NCBI GenBank assembly: GCA_963720465.1
Contig: OY970393.1
Span: forward strand, 2,240,001 to 2,304,000
From: Methanobacteriota archaeon
Lineage (GTDB): Archaea; Halobacteriota; Bog-38; Methanoflorentales; Methanoflorentaceae
Direction of reading: 5' to 3'
Length of the DNA: 64,000 nucleotides
In this document: positions 1-10,398 of the stretch, piece after piece
How positions within the stretch are numbered: the stretch's first letter is position 1
How the letters are laid out: each line of letters begins with the position of its first letter
The notes under the pieces: generated by a model
Seen by the model: the letters and a program-made list of their open reading frames with translations, nothing else
Told to the model about the DNA's origin: nothing
The model's database searches: none
Made by a program: the position numbers and the translations under genes

Positions 1-1
1 C

Positions 2-316
2 TGCAAGCACCATTTTGTAAGGGAGCTTTTGCTTGGCCGCGGCTATGGCAATTATGGGTTCGCAAGGCCACAAAAGGTGCTCAATTACCCGACAGTGATT
101 GACATAGGCGCTCTAGACGAAACCGCTGAGCAACTTGTGGAAGTCAAGCAGGCTAGGGTGCGCACCGGCAAGTATTACATCACGCTCGATGTCGACAAAG
201 TGCTAGGAAAGGGCCGCGTAACTAAGCCGCTTGTCGTAACAGCAAGAAGTTTTTCGAAACGGGCGCAAGAGAAGTTGGAATCAGCAGGCGGGAAAGCAAA
301 AATCGCAGAGCCATGA
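2..316 (+). CDS. rpl15: 50S ribosomal protein uL15 (5' truncated by window edge)
   Basis: C-terminal KVLGKG...SKRAQEKLESAGG motif; immediately upstream of secY; frame open from position 2. Confidence 0.92.
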   Translation, partial: CKHHFVRELLLGRGYGNYGFARPQKVLNYPTVIDIGALDETAEQLVEVKQARVRTGKYYITLDVDKVLGKGRVTKPLVVTARSFSKRAQEKLESAGGKAKIAEP

Positions 317-363
317 CCTCTTGAGCCAGTTATCGACAAGCAATCAGTTCAGCGCAGTGAATC

Positions 364-1821
364 ATGAGCGAGCACCCAACGATAGACAGAATTGAGCCTT
401 TCCTGCAGAAACTTCCTGCAATCTCTAAGCCCGAAGGGCACGTGCACTTCAGACGGAAGCTCACGTGGACGATTGGCGTTCTGGTCATATACTTCGTTTT
501 AACAAACGTCCGCATTTTTGGACTTTCGCCTGCGTCAGTGGATCTTTTCAGTTACTACCGCGCCATAATGGCCGGAAGCCAAGGCTCCCTCGTTCAGCTC
601 GGCATTGGTCCGATCGTGACCGCGTCGATTATACTGCAGCTCTTCAAGGGCGCGGACATCATAAAGCTTGACACGAGCGATCCTCGAGACCAATCAGTCT
701 ACCAGCAGCTGCAGAAGTTTCTGATCTTCATCATGATTGTCGTTGAAGCCGCGCCGCAAGTGCTTGGCGGTTTTCTCCTACCCGACCCGGCTGTCGCTGC
801 TTCCACCGGTTTGGGACTTCACGGCATTTCCTTGCTTATATTTATCCAAGTGTGCATAGGCGGCGTGCTCGTGCTATTCCTGGATGAAATTGTGAGTAAA
901 TGGGGAATTGGCTCTGGAGTCGGTATGTTTATCGTGGCCGGAGTTGCCCAAGGCCTGGTAACTGGAACCATCAATTGGACAACTAATCCTACGACCGGAT
1001 TGCCGGTGGGGTGGATCCCAGGCTTCGTTCAAATCTTCCAGACCTTCACGGTCCAGCAACTGCTTAGCGCTCAAGGAATCATATTCCTGCTTAATCAGGG
1101 CCAAATTTTGGCCATAATAAGCACGGTGGCCATATTCGCGGTTGTTGTCTACGTTGAAACCACGCGCATAGAGATCCCTCTGGGGCACAGTTCCGTACGA
1201 GGCGCGCGAGGCAGATTCCCAATAAAGCTCGTCTACGCGAGCGTGTTGCCGCTGATACTAGTGCGGGCGCTTCAGGCGAACATTCAGATGATTGGCATCC
1301 TTCTTTACAACGCAGGGTTCACTTGGGTCGGAACGTATGTAAACAATACGCCGACAAGCGGGCTGATGTACTATTTGGCGCCAATCAGTGGCCCGAGTAA
1401 CTGGTTGCCGGGGGTAGGCCAGAACCCGGCGTGGCAAATCGCACTGCGCTCATCAATTGATATCTCCTTTATGGTCATCGGAGGAATCATATTTGCCCTT
1501 TTCTGGGTGGAGACTACCGGCATGGGCCCAAAGGCCGTTTCAGAGCAAATTCAAAGTTCTGGGATGTCTATCCCCGGCTTCCGCCGCGATCCCAAAATTA
1601 TTGAACGCGTTATGAACCGGTACATTCCGAAAGTAACCATAATAGGAGGCGCTTTTATAGGGTTATTGGCGGTCGTTGCGGGTTTTTTGGGAACCATAGG
1701 AAATGTGGGGGGCACTGCGTTGCTCCTCGCGGTGAGCATTACGTATACGCTGTACGAGCAGCTTGCCAATGAAGAAGTGATGGAGATGCACCCGATGCTG
1801 CGCGGCTTCTTGGGAGAGTAG
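364..1821 (+). CDS. secY: Protein translocase subunit SecY
   Basis: 485 aa polytopic membrane protein; LGIGPIVTASIILQL, WGIGSG and IPGFRRDP motifs. Confidence 0.97.
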   Translation: MSEHPTIDRIEPFLQKLPAISKPEGHVHFRRKLTWTIGVLVIYFVLTNVRIFGLSPASVDLFSYYRAIMAGSQGSLVQLGIGPIVTASIILQLFKGADIIKLDTSDPRDQSVYQQLQKFLIFIMIVVEAAPQVLGGFLLPDPAVAASTGLGLHGISLLIFIQVCIGGVLVLFLDEIVSKWGIGSGVGMFIVAGVAQGLVTGTINWTTNPTTGLPVGWIPGFVQIFQTFTVQQLLSAQGIIFLLNQGQILAIISTVAIFAVVVYVETTRIEIPLGHSSVRGARGRFPIKLVYASVLPLILVRALQANIQMIGILLYNAGFTWVGTYVNNTPTSGLMYYLAPISGPSNWLPGVGQNPAWQIALRSSIDISFMVIGGIIFALFWVETTGMGPKAVSEQIQSSGMSIPGFRRDPKIIERVMNRYIPKVTIIGGAFIGLLAVVAGFLGTIGNVGGTALLLAVSITYTLYEQLANEEVMEMHPMLRGFLGE

Positions 1822-1995
1822 CTTCTCTAACGCTCAGATTGACTCTTGACTTCCAAGCTAAGCTAACTTTTTTTTGCGCGTCAGAGGGAGTTTGGATCGT
1901 AGCAGCGGCTTTGATGGGCGAAGCCGCGCCCTGTACGATTGCGTAAGTTAAAGTAGGATGGTTGGGATAGTTCGGTACACAAATCGGGGCAACGG

Positions 1996-2574
1996 ATGCG
2001 GAAAGTGGTAATTCTAACAGGAGTTCCAGCAAGCGGCGGGACGACGGTTACAAAAAAAGCAATTGAACGGTTGGAGGCACGCGGCCAGCCGTTCAAAATG
2101 GTCACCTACAGCGACGTTATGTTAGATGAGGCGTTGCAGCGCCGATGGGTCAAGATGAGAGACGACATTCGAAAGCTCGATCCAGCTAGGCAGCGCGAGC
2201 TCCAAAAGACTGCGGCACGCGCGATATCAAAAATGGCCACCACGCCGCTTGTTGTTGACACACACGCAACGGTGCGAACGTCGCGCGGGTACCTTCCTGG
2301 TTTGCCTACGTGGGTTTTGGACGAACTTAAGCCCGAACTCATACTTATTGTCGAAACACGACCTAACGAAATTATTCGTCGCAGAAATGCTGACAAGTCA
2401 CGACAGCGCGATGCCCAAGATGCGATGGGTGTTCAGGAGCACCAGGAGATTAACAAGGCAATATGCATGGCGTACGCCGCTCACACCGGAGCAACGGTTA
2501 AGATACTGCAAAACCCCGACGGAAGGCTTGATGAGGCAGTCGCTGAACTGGTGGTCACTCTGCAGGAAGACTGA
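1996..2574 (+). CDS. adk: Archaeal adenylate kinase
   Basis: GVPASGGTT P-loop variant, VDTHA and GYLPGLP motifs; follows secY. Confidence 0.93.
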   Translation: MRKVVILTGVPASGGTTVTKKAIERLEARGQPFKMVTYSDVMLDEALQRRWVKMRDDIRKLDPARQRELQKTAARAISKMATTPLVVDTHATVRTSRGYLPGLPTWVLDELKPELILIVETRPNEIIRRRNADKSRQRDAQDAMGVQEHQEINKAICMAYAAHTGATVKILQNPDGRLDEAVAELVVTLQED

Positions 2575-2583
2575 GTTCGTCGT

Positions 2584-3141
2584 GTGCTTAGCGGGTGTGC
2601 GATCGTGTTGCTTACCATCAGCGGATTTGCAGGCAGCGGCAAGACGACGGTAGCACGGGGTTTATCGCGGAAACTCGGCTATGCACACGTCTCAGCGGGA
2701 GATGCATTCAGGGAACTTGCGCGAGAGCGCGCGATGAGTCTCGAACAGCTGAGCAAGCTTGCGGAAACCGAACCGGAAATTGACAAGATGGTTGATCGAC
2801 GACAAGCCGAGCTCGCGCAGTCGTGTGAAGACGCGGTCGTCGACGGGAGGCTGTCGGGCTGGGTTCTCAAAGCTGACATCGCCGTTTGGCTTAAAGCGCC
2901 TCTGGAAGTGCGAGCAGAGCGAATAGCGGGAAGAGAAGGCAAGCTGCAGGCGGCTGCTCTCAACGAAACACGCCTGCGTGACAGCAGCGAGACTGTGCGA
3001 TATAGTACGTTTTATGATATCGATGTGACGACCCTAGACATCTATGATCTTGTGATAAATACGACGCACTGGGACCAATATGCTGTCATCGCTATCATCG
3101 CGCAGGCCGTTAAAGCGCACCGGAAAGTTGGCAAACGATGA
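2584..3141 (+). CDS. cmk: Cytidylate kinase (true start probably ~2605)
   Basis: TISGFAGSGKTT, SAGDAFRELA and DGRLSGW motifs; operon context. Confidence 0.92.
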   Translation: MLSGCAIVLLTISGFAGSGKTTVARGLSRKLGYAHVSAGDAFRELARERAMSLEQLSKLAETEPEIDKMVDRRQAELAQSCEDAVVDGRLSGWVLKADIAVWLKAPLEVRAERIAGREGKLQAAALNETRLRDSSETVRYSTFYDIDVTTLDIYDLVINTTHWDQYAVIAIIAQAVKAHRKVGKR

Positions 3142-4055
3142 CGATTGCGCAGGAACGGACCATAGACGAGTTGATTCGAAAGGGCGTTATAAATCTCGAT
3201 AAGCCAGCCGGACCTACGAGTCACGAAGTGGCCGCGTGGGTAAAACGAATTTTGCGTATTAAGAAAGCGGGCCACATCGGAACGTTAGATCCTAAGGTCA
3301 CCGGAGTGCTCCCGATATTGTTGCAAGATGCGACAAAGGCAGTAGGGGCGCTCGTGAACCTGCCCAAGGAATACGTCTGTGTACTCCATCTGCATAAAAC
3401 GGTTCCCGAACCCTTGCTGCGAGACATGCTGGGGGAGTTTACAGGAGTCATATATCAGCGCCCGCCTCTTAAATCAGCGGTAAGGCGTCAAATTCGCAAA
3501 CGCGAGATTTTTTACATCGACGTGCTGGAACGGCAGGGGAACGACGTCCTCTTCAAAGTGGGATGTGAGGCCGGGACGTACATTCGCAAGCTGTGCCACG
3601 ACGTCGGTGAGGCACTAGGGGTGGGGGCGCACATGCAAGAGCTCCGCAGAACTAAGGCAGGTCCGTTTGATGAATCCAAGCTGAGCACATTACACGATTT
3701 GGCAGACGCATACCATTTTTGGATCGAAGATAACGATGAAGCTCCGCTGCGAGACATTATAATGCCAGTTGAGCGTGCGCTCAGCCACCTCCCAAAAATC
3801 ATCATCCGAGACACGGCCGTGGATGCTATTTGCCACGGGGCTCGACTCGCAGAACCTGGCGTTATATCGTTATCTGACGTTCACGCGAAACAGCTGGTTG
3901 GTATCTATACGACACGAGACGAGATTGTCGCTCTAGGCATCTCTGTACTCCAAGGCGGGGTCATCGCCGAAGTTAAAAGAGTAATGATGGAGCCTGGAAC
4001 GTATCCCCGCTATTGGAAGTCCAGAAGAATGCGCAAGTACGAAGAAGGCGCGTAA
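3138..4055 (+). CDS. cbf5: H/ACA RNA-guided pseudouridine synthase Cbf5 (TruB family, PUA domain)
   Basis: LDKPAGPTSHEV, GHIGTLDPKVTGVL, GTYIRKLCHD and ELRRT motifs. Confidence 0.96.
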   Translation: MTIAQERTIDELIRKGVINLDKPAGPTSHEVAAWVKRILRIKKAGHIGTLDPKVTGVLPILLQDATKAVGALVNLPKEYVCVLHLHKTVPEPLLRDMLGEFTGVIYQRPPLKSAVRRQIRKREIFYIDVLERQGNDVLFKVGCEAGTYIRKLCHDVGEALGVGAHMQELRRTKAGPFDESKLSTLHDLADAYHFWIEDNDEAPLRDIIMPVERALSHLPKIIIRDTAVDAICHGARLAEPGVISLSDVHAKQLVGIYTTRDEIVALGISVLQGGVIAEVKRVMMEPGTYPRYWKSRRMRKYEEGA

Positions 4056-4200
4056 CTCCCTTGTCGCTGCGTCGAGCGGCACGAACGCACGTGAGAAGCA
4101 ATGTTGACTTCAGTCAACAGGAGAGTTTCGTATGCGCCAGCGTTCGTTTCTTTGATGTCTCCCGACAAGCGATCATAATTTAACTTTTGCGGTTTCACTA

Positions 4201-4698
4201 ATGCCAATGAAGATATTCGCAGTATATGGATCCTCGAAATCAGGGAAGACCACTACCGTCGTTGAGATCCTAAAGGAGCTGCGAGTGCGCGGTTATTCAG
4301 TATCCACGATCAAGAACGTCCACGTGGAACACTTCGTCTTTGATGTTGTTGGAAAGGATACGTGGCGCCACTGGAAAGCTGGAGCCGAAGTAGTTGGCTT
4401 GCGGGCGCCAGACGAAAGTATCCTTATGATAAAGCGATCAGTGACGCTTGATGAGCTGATACGACATTTCAGCAGCGATTACTTGGTTCTTGAGGGATTT
4501 AGAGGCGCGAGTCTGCCGAAGATACTGTGTGCAACAGACGAAGAGCGCGTGGAAGATGAATTACAAAGCAACGTCTTTTGCATTTCGGGATTGGTGTCTG
4601 CGCACCTGTCGAACTATAAAGGCGTACCGGTGATCAACGCGCTTCTTAACGCCTCAGCGTTGGTAGATCTTGTGGAGCGCAAGAGCCTCAAGTTGTAG
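4201..4698 (+). CDS. mobB: Molybdopterin-guanine dinucleotide biosynthesis protein B
   Basis: GSSKSGKTT P-loop, GKDTWRH and LVLEGF motifs. Confidence 0.88.
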   Translation: MPMKIFAVYGSSKSGKTTTVVEILKELRVRGYSVSTIKNVHVEHFVFDVVGKDTWRHWKAGAEVVGLRAPDESILMIKRSVTLDELIRHFSSDYLVLEGFRGASLPKILCATDEERVEDELQSNVFCISGLVSAHLSNYKGVPVINALLNASALVDLVERKSLKL

Positions 4699-4709
4699 TT
4701 GAGTCATTT

Positions 4710-5309
4710 CTACTTTCGGTCGCCGACCGGGCTCGCTCTTCGAATTAGCCGACTTAGGTCGCTTCTCCTATTGATGTTGTAAAGTAGTGACTCATCGCGA
4801 ATGATAAACATCTGTTCTTTTTGTGATTGATCCAGGTGGCTTGCATCGACGATGTTAATGCCCGTAGGCACGAGCAACTTAGCGTCTGCTGCGAATGCGA
4901 GGTCAGGGGTTACATTGGCCTCATCGCAAAACTCGTAGGGGAGGTAGACGCCGAGTGCAGAACTCTCTGCGTTAGCGCGACTCTGGATAATCCGGTCGAT
5001 GAGACGATAGTCGATTAGGGGCAGATCAGCTGCGATGATGAGAACGGGACCTTGAAGGCCCAATCGGTTGCTCGCCCACGCGTAGTCCTGGATATATCCT
5101 TGCCCTGGCGCCCTTACGACCTGAATACTTGCTTCTCTTGCCCAGCGCGTCGTGCAAGGAGTTCTAGGAGAGGTTACCGTCACGACGCGTTCAATTTGCG
5201 ATTTGTTCAAGGCGGCGAATACGTGTTCGATGAGTGGCCTGCCTTTGAACTCCAAGAGCGGTTTTTCGACGCCGCCTAAGCCGAGCCGCTCTCCCTTACC
5301 GCCGGCCAT
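4710..5309 (-). CDS. cobY: Adenosylcobinamide-phosphate guanylyltransferase
   Basis: MAGGKGERL..EKPL NTP-transferase motif, ADLP and NIN motifs; in cobZ-cobS operon. Confidence 0.85.
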   Translation of the reverse strand: MAGGKGERLGLGGVEKPLLEFKGRPLIEHVFAALNKSQIERVVTVTSPRTPCTTRWAREASIQVVRAPGQGYIQDYAWASNRLGLQGPVLIIAADLPLIDYRLIDRIIQSRANAESSALGVYLPYEFCDEANVTPDLAFAADAKLLVPTGINIVDASHLDQSQKEQMFIIRDESLLYNINRRSDLSRLIRRASPVGDRK

Positions 5310-5332
5310 GAGGAGCGCGAGCGTGCTACCAC

Positions 5333-6079
5333 CTACAAGAAACTAATAGCAATAAGAGCAATCAAGCGCCCCAGCTCATTTGAAGATCCTATAACATCGC
5401 CATTTACTCCGCCGAACGCTTTATTGCCGAGCTTTACGAGTCCCAGCGATACAGCTAGGGGGGGCAACAAAACGAGCAGACCTCTCACGCCAAAACAGAG
5501 AACCGCTACCAGTGCCGCGAGAAGCAGTGCCACTACAAAGGTGAATATCCCACTGTTTTCGGTAAAACGGGATCCAAGTCCCTGGTGTGTGGCCTTTCCG
5601 AGCGAGGCGACTTCAACCATCGAAAGCTTCGCTGCGACTTCAGCGGTGATCAACGCGGGTAGCAACGCTGTGGGCTTGATAGATGCCACTGCAGAGAAGA
5701 GCAGCAGAAACGAGAGGACGCAAAACGCGATCCCTCCGACGCCGATGTATGGGTCTTTGATGACCCGAAGCCGTTCTTGCATTGTTCCGTGCTTGAGTAG
5801 TCCGTCGCCCACGTCAGCTAACCCATCAAGATGGATGAAACCTGTTAGCGCATAGAGGGCTACGAGCGTAAGTGCGGCGTGGACTAAGTTGCTCATGTGC
5901 GGTATGACGGTGAGCGCATAGCTGATCCCTCCGACCACGAGTCCGATGGCAGCTCCGACTAGAATATAAATCCACATGCGGCTGGCCAAGCTGTCGAGCG
6001 CTTCTTCATTGAATCCTACAGGAATCGTTGTCAAGAACCCGAAGCCAGACCGAATCGAGTCAAGGAGGCGTTGTGGCAT
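5333..6079 (-). CDS. cobS: Adenosylcobinamide-GDP ribazoletransferase (cobalamin synthase)
   Basis: FLTTIP, HLDGLADVGDG, KDPYIG and GGVNGDVIG motifs. Confidence 0.95.
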   Translation of the reverse strand: MPQRLLDSIRSGFGFLTTIPVGFNEEALDSLASRMWIYILVGAAIGLVVGGISYALTVIPHMSNLVHAALTLVALYALTGFIHLDGLADVGDGLLKHGTMQERLRVIKDPYIGVGGIAFCVLSFLLLFSAVASIKPTALLPALITAEVAAKLSMVEVASLGKATHQGLGSRFTENSGIFTFVVALLLAALVAVLCFGVRGLLVLLPPLAVSLGLVKLGNKAFGGVNGDVIGSSNELGRLIALIAISFL

Positions 6080-6578
6080 CAGCAGCTCCTCTGTCGTACA
6101 TGTTAGCCGAAACGCCGCCTATCAGGCCGGCGACAATATCATCTAAGAATGGTCCGAGCGATTTGAGAACTCCAGGTTTGAGCTTGTCGAATCGGGCATA
6201 ATCGAAGTGCCCCTTGTAACCTCCAACGTACATCGATATTGCCATTCCCAACACTTCATCAGCTATCAAACAAGTCAAATCCTTTTCGTAGGAGACAGGA
6301 TCGAGGTTCGGGATACGGCCTTGCTGTGCGTCTCTTTCTAACGCTACTGCTGCATGCAAAAGGATCCACACGTTGGGATCAGCGAGAGCTCGCTGAAGCT
6401 CGCTCGAGAAAACATCCCTAGCACGCGCTTCTGTTTCGACCCCTGGATGTGGAACCCATAGCATCATAGCTGTATCGATGATATCATCGAGTGCGACACC
6501 CATTTCTTTCAACATTTCTTCTTTCATCATCACGACGCCTTCCATCTCAGGTTCGTGGCTTGAACCAAACCTTTCCAA
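6060..6578 (-). CDS. cobZ: Alpha-ribazole phosphatase CobZ / PgpA-like protein
   Basis: DPNV, LIADEVLG and KPGVL..LGPFLDDIVAGL motifs; upstream of cobS. Confidence 0.8.
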   Translation of the reverse strand: MERFGSSHEPEMEGVVMMKEEMLKEMGVALDDIIDTAMMLWVPHPGVETEARARDVFSSELQRALADPNVWILLHAAVALERDAQQGRIPNLDPVSYEKDLTCLIADEVLGMAISMYVGGYKGHFDYARFDKLKPGVLKSLGPFLDDIVAGLIGGVSANMYDRGAADATTPP

Positions 6579-6700
6579 AATGACTATCGGTGCGCCAGCG
6601 AAGGTTGAGAAACCGTGACAGCCGGTCCTTCTCGACTACGACACTTTCGACCTAGTTCCGACCGTTTGACTGAATCTCAAAAAATCGCGGCCTGGCCAAG

Positions 6701-7711
6701 CTATTTTGAAATTTCGACGAGCTCATCATCGTGTTGGACCCGTATTCCACGGCCAGAAATAGTACCGACTTGCTTGGAGCCGTTGCTGAGGCGTGCGATT
6801 CGTCTTACCTCACGCTGAGGCGCAATAATAGCAAAACCCATCCCCATGTTAAACGTTTTGTACATCTCTCGCACCTCAACGCCTTCCGCTTGAATCACGC
6901 CGAATATCTCTTGAGGCTCGAGAGGATCGGACAAGTCAAAGCCCAGCCGCGTAAGTCTTTTGAGATTGAGAAGGCCACCTCCGGTGATATGCGCCAATCC
7001 GTGCACCTCACAATTCGTATTAATGTCGAGGACCTCTGAGTAGATCCGCGTTGGCACGAGCAGTTCTTCGCCAAGCGTTCGCTCCATGCTTCCGTAACGC
7101 GTGTAAAGGCCGTATTTTGCCAGCAGTTTGCGCGCGAGCGTCAGACCGTTACTATGAATTCCGCTGCTTGGAATGCCGACAACAGCGTCTCCGTTCTCAA
7201 TCTTATGGCCGGTGACGAGGTCTTCTTTGGCGGCAATTCCTATGCAGCTGCCTGCCAAGTCGAACCCTCTCACGATATCTGGGAGGCTGGCGGTTTCGCC
7301 GCCGACTATGGACACGTTAGCTATCTTCGCCCCTTTTGCGAGCCCTTGCCCGATTTGATCAGCAATAGAAGGCTCAATGCTCTCCATTGCGAGGTAATCG
7401 ACAAAAGCGATGGGCTCTAAGCCCATTGCGTAAAGGTCGTTCACGTTCATTGCCATGCAATCGATTCCGATAGTCTTCCAGTTCCCCATTTCTGTTGCGA
7501 CGAGAACCTTCGATCCCACGCCGTCAGTCGTGATACCAATAATGAAATCGCCCATGTCCAGAAGTCCGGCGTAGGCGCCTTCGATGTTGATCGGACTTCC
7601 GCGTCCTTTCTTCTTGGTCGTAAAATGCTTCCGAAGGGCTTTTATTGCCTCTTCTTCAGCGCTGATGTCTACTCCTGATTCCGCGTATGTGCGGGGGTGC
7701 TGCGAATTCAT
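6701..7711 (-). CDS. purM: Phosphoribosylformylglycinamidine cyclo-ligase
   Basis: TYAESGVDI, TDGVGSK, GGETA, SSGIHSNG, HITGGG and TFNMG motifs. Confidence 0.97.
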   Translation of the reverse strand: MNSQHPRTYAESGVDISAEEEAIKALRKHFTTKKKGRGSPINIEGAYAGLLDMGDFIIGITTDGVGSKVLVATEMGNWKTIGIDCMAMNVNDLYAMGLEPIAFVDYLAMESIEPSIADQIGQGLAKGAKIANVSIVGGETASLPDIVRGFDLAGSCIGIAAKEDLVTGHKIENGDAVVGIPSSGIHSNGLTLARKLLAKYGLYTRYGSMERTLGEELLVPTRIYSEVLDINTNCEVHGLAHITGGGLLNLKRLTRLGFDLSDPLEPQEIFGVIQAEGVEVREMYKTFNMGMGFAIIAPQREVRRIARLSNGSKQVGTISGRGIRVQHDDELVEISK

Positions 7712-7921
7712 GATAAAACCTGTGCGTTAGGAAGTAGCTAGTTAAGTGAAGGTGCTCTACCTCGCGGGCCCAATCGGTCGTATGCGACGAGCGATGACTG
7801 TTCGTTTCTTCGAAGATCTGCGCTCGGGTAAAAGCAGTTAGGGTTTGTACCTTAAAAAAAGATCGTTGCAGCTCAGCAAAAACCGACTTGGTGATGGCGA
7901 TATTCCGCACATCTAGATGGG

Positions 7922-9337
7922 CTATTGCGGTTCCGAAAGCGAGAACTCCTCGTGAAGACTCTCCACAGCGCGACGCACTGAATCTCGTCTCAAAACGAAA
8001 GAGACGTTATGCTCGGTGGATCCTTGGCTGATCATGATGACGCTGACATTGATACTTCCCATGCGGCTGAAAATCCTGCCCACTATGCCCGGCGTTCCTG
8101 CCATTCGAGAGCCAACGACGGCTATTGCGCTCACGTCCTCGTTACACGAAATCTCTTTGATGACGTTGCTATTAAACTCATTCTCTAGCTCGTGCAGAGC
8201 ATTCAAGGCGCCGCTCAAATGTTGCTCCTCGACAAGCACTGATATGTTCGATTCACTCGATCCCTGACTTATCATAATGATATTAACGCCTGCGTCGGCA
8301 AGCTTCGCGAACACGTGGGCCGCGACGCCAATGGTCCCCGCCATTCCGGCGCCTGATAAGGTAACAAGAGCGACGTTGTTAACCGCCGTTACTGCTTTAA
8401 CGAGGCTTTCATCATTGGCGACCGTATGAACGATAGTTGTGTTCGCGCCGTTAGGGTTGAATGTGTTCTTTACACGCACGGGAATACCCTTAGTTACAGC
8501 CGGTTCAATTGTTTTCGGGTGTATAACCTTCGCTCCAAAATAAGAGAGCTCCATCGCCTCAGCGTAAGACACCTGTGGAAGCGTACGGGCGTTAGAAACG
8601 AGCTTAGGATCTGCGGTCATGATACCGTCAACGTCGGTCCAAATCCATATTTCGTCAGCTTCGACCGCGCTTCCGACGATTGATGCTGTATAGTCTGACC
8701 CGCCTCGGCCTAGGGTTGTGATGATGTTGTGAATGTTGTACGCGATAAAACCGGTGACGACCGGCACGATGCCCACCTTGAGAAGAGGCACAAGCCGCTC
8801 GTAGACTCGCTGTTCCGTGATTTCCGTAGGGCGCGCGCCACGGTGCTTACTATCGGTTATGATGCCCGCTTCTCCACCCGTCAAAAAGACTGACTGGACT
8901 TTGAGCGATTTCAGTGCGCCAGAGACGATCGGAGCAGACAGCCGCTCACCGAAAGACGAAACGTAATCATACGATCGGTCAGTGAGTTCGCCAAGGTGGT
9001 ATATACCTGTAAGCGCGTTTTTTAGCTCTTCTAGCCGGGTCTCTATCTCTGATATGACTTCGGTAATGATCATCTCATCTTCGATTGCGGCGTAAGTGGC
9101 GTCGAAATGCCTCTTAGCTACTAGGTGAACGAACTCTGCGACCTCGGTAATCTCGGCATATTCGCTGGTCAACCGCTCTGCTGTGGTTTGAAGCTCATCC
9201 GTCAAGCCAGACATCGCAGAAACAACGACAGCAATCTCGTTTCCCTCATCATAATAGCTTCGCACAAGCTCTCCGACCTGCCTCATCCTTGTGCCATCGG
9301 CGACCGATGTGCCGCCGAATTTCATCACGTATCTCAT
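7922..9337 (-). CDS. lysC: Aspartate kinase with two ACT domains
   Basis: KFGGTSV, VVVSAM, TLGRGGSDYTA and WTDVDG motifs. Confidence 0.96.
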   Translation of the reverse strand: MRYVMKFGGTSVADGTRMRQVGELVRSYYDEGNEIAVVVSAMSGLTDELQTTAERLTSEYAEITEVAEFVHLVAKRHFDATYAAIEDEMIITEVISEIETRLEELKNALTGIYHLGELTDRSYDYVSSFGERLSAPIVSGALKSLKVQSVFLTGGEAGIITDSKHRGARPTEITEQRVYERLVPLLKVGIVPVVTGFIAYNIHNIITTLGRGGSDYTASIVGSAVEADEIWIWTDVDGIMTADPKLVSNARTLPQVSYAEAMELSYFGAKVIHPKTIEPAVTKGIPVRVKNTFNPNGANTTIVHTVANDESLVKAVTAVNNVALVTLSGAGMAGTIGVAAHVFAKLADAGVNIIMISQGSSESNISVLVEEQHLSGALNALHELENEFNSNVIKEISCNEDVSAIAVVGSRMAGTPGIVGRIFSRMGSINVSVIMISQGSTEHNVSFVLRRDSVRRAVESLHEEFSLSEPQ

Positions 9338-9774
9338 TTTACCTGAACCTTATGGGCTGCGTTTTAAGCTAAATATCCCGTTTGCTTGTATTAAAGCCTT
9401 CTGACAGAATGCCCGAGCTTCGAGGATACGACAAAAAGACTGTAGCAACAGAAATGGCCTGAAACTGGTGGTGTCAAGGTCGCCGTCTGAGCTCTCGGCA
9501 TTGTTGCCAGTACTCTTTTTTTTCAAAGGGCCCCATTCTCTCAATCGTCTTGGCACTGGTAACGTTCATTGATTCATTACGCTAAGCGCTCGGTATAAGG
9601 GACAGCTTCGCGTAAGCGGTTGCCGTCCTTGTTATACAGCCCGTTTTTTTATCTGCCTTTTTACGCACGTTGGACGCACCGCTGATCATCGTTTTTGTGT
9701 ATGGGATGCAACTCAGGAGCTTTTGCGTCTCCTTCGTGAGCTACGCCGGAGTTGAGGCGACACGAGAATCATTC

Positions 9775-10380
9775 CTACAGGAAAATGAATAAGATGATGT
9801 AAACAGCGGCCACAAAAGGCACGATCGCTATCGCCACGTATTGCAGGACGCCCCAGTTCAGTATTTTCCTTCCATCGAGGGGCCCTATCGGGAGCAGGTT
9901 GAAGGCGGATAGCCATATGTTGATTACAAAGCCGTATACTCCAACGTAGCTAAGCAAGCCCCCTAGGGGCGCCAGCAGGTACAGGAGTAGGTACAGCCCG
10001 CCTAACGCCAGATTAAGAAGCGGCCCGGCGGCTGATATGATCCCATTCTGCCGCTTGGTGATATTTGGACCGTAAATCATGGTCGCTCCAGGAGCTGCGA
10101 ACACGATGTGGACCACATAGGCAAACAGTATAGAAAGCCCTAGGGTGACATAGTTCGCTCTGAATTCAGACCAGAATCCAAAACGCTGGGCCGTGAACTT
10201 GTGCAAGAGCTCGTGCAAGACAAAACTTGAGCCTACGACCAGAAGCGGCAGCACGAGCGTGAGCTCAAATGATGCGTTCGGCAAAACTGCGCCAAATACA
10301 AGATAGAAGGCGAATGAAACGCCCAACCACGCTACGAAGAGATCAACGAGTTCTTTGCGGCTTGTTGAATGCTGCATCAT
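9775..10380 (-). CDS. M50 family (site-2) membrane metalloprotease
   Basis: HELLH and FNLLPIGPLDG motifs. Confidence 0.9.
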   Translation of the reverse strand: MMQHSTSRKELVDLFVAWLGVSFAFYLVFGAVLPNASFELTLVLPLLVVGSSFVLHELLHKFTAQRFGFWSEFRANYVTLGLSILFAYVVHIVFAAPGATMIYGPNITKRQNGIISAAGPLLNLALGGLYLLLYLLAPLGGLLSYVGVYGFVINIWLSAFNLLPIGPLDGRKILNWGVLQYVAIAIVPFVAAVYIILFIFL

Positions 10381-10398
10381 GTGCCCTAAGCAAACCCC

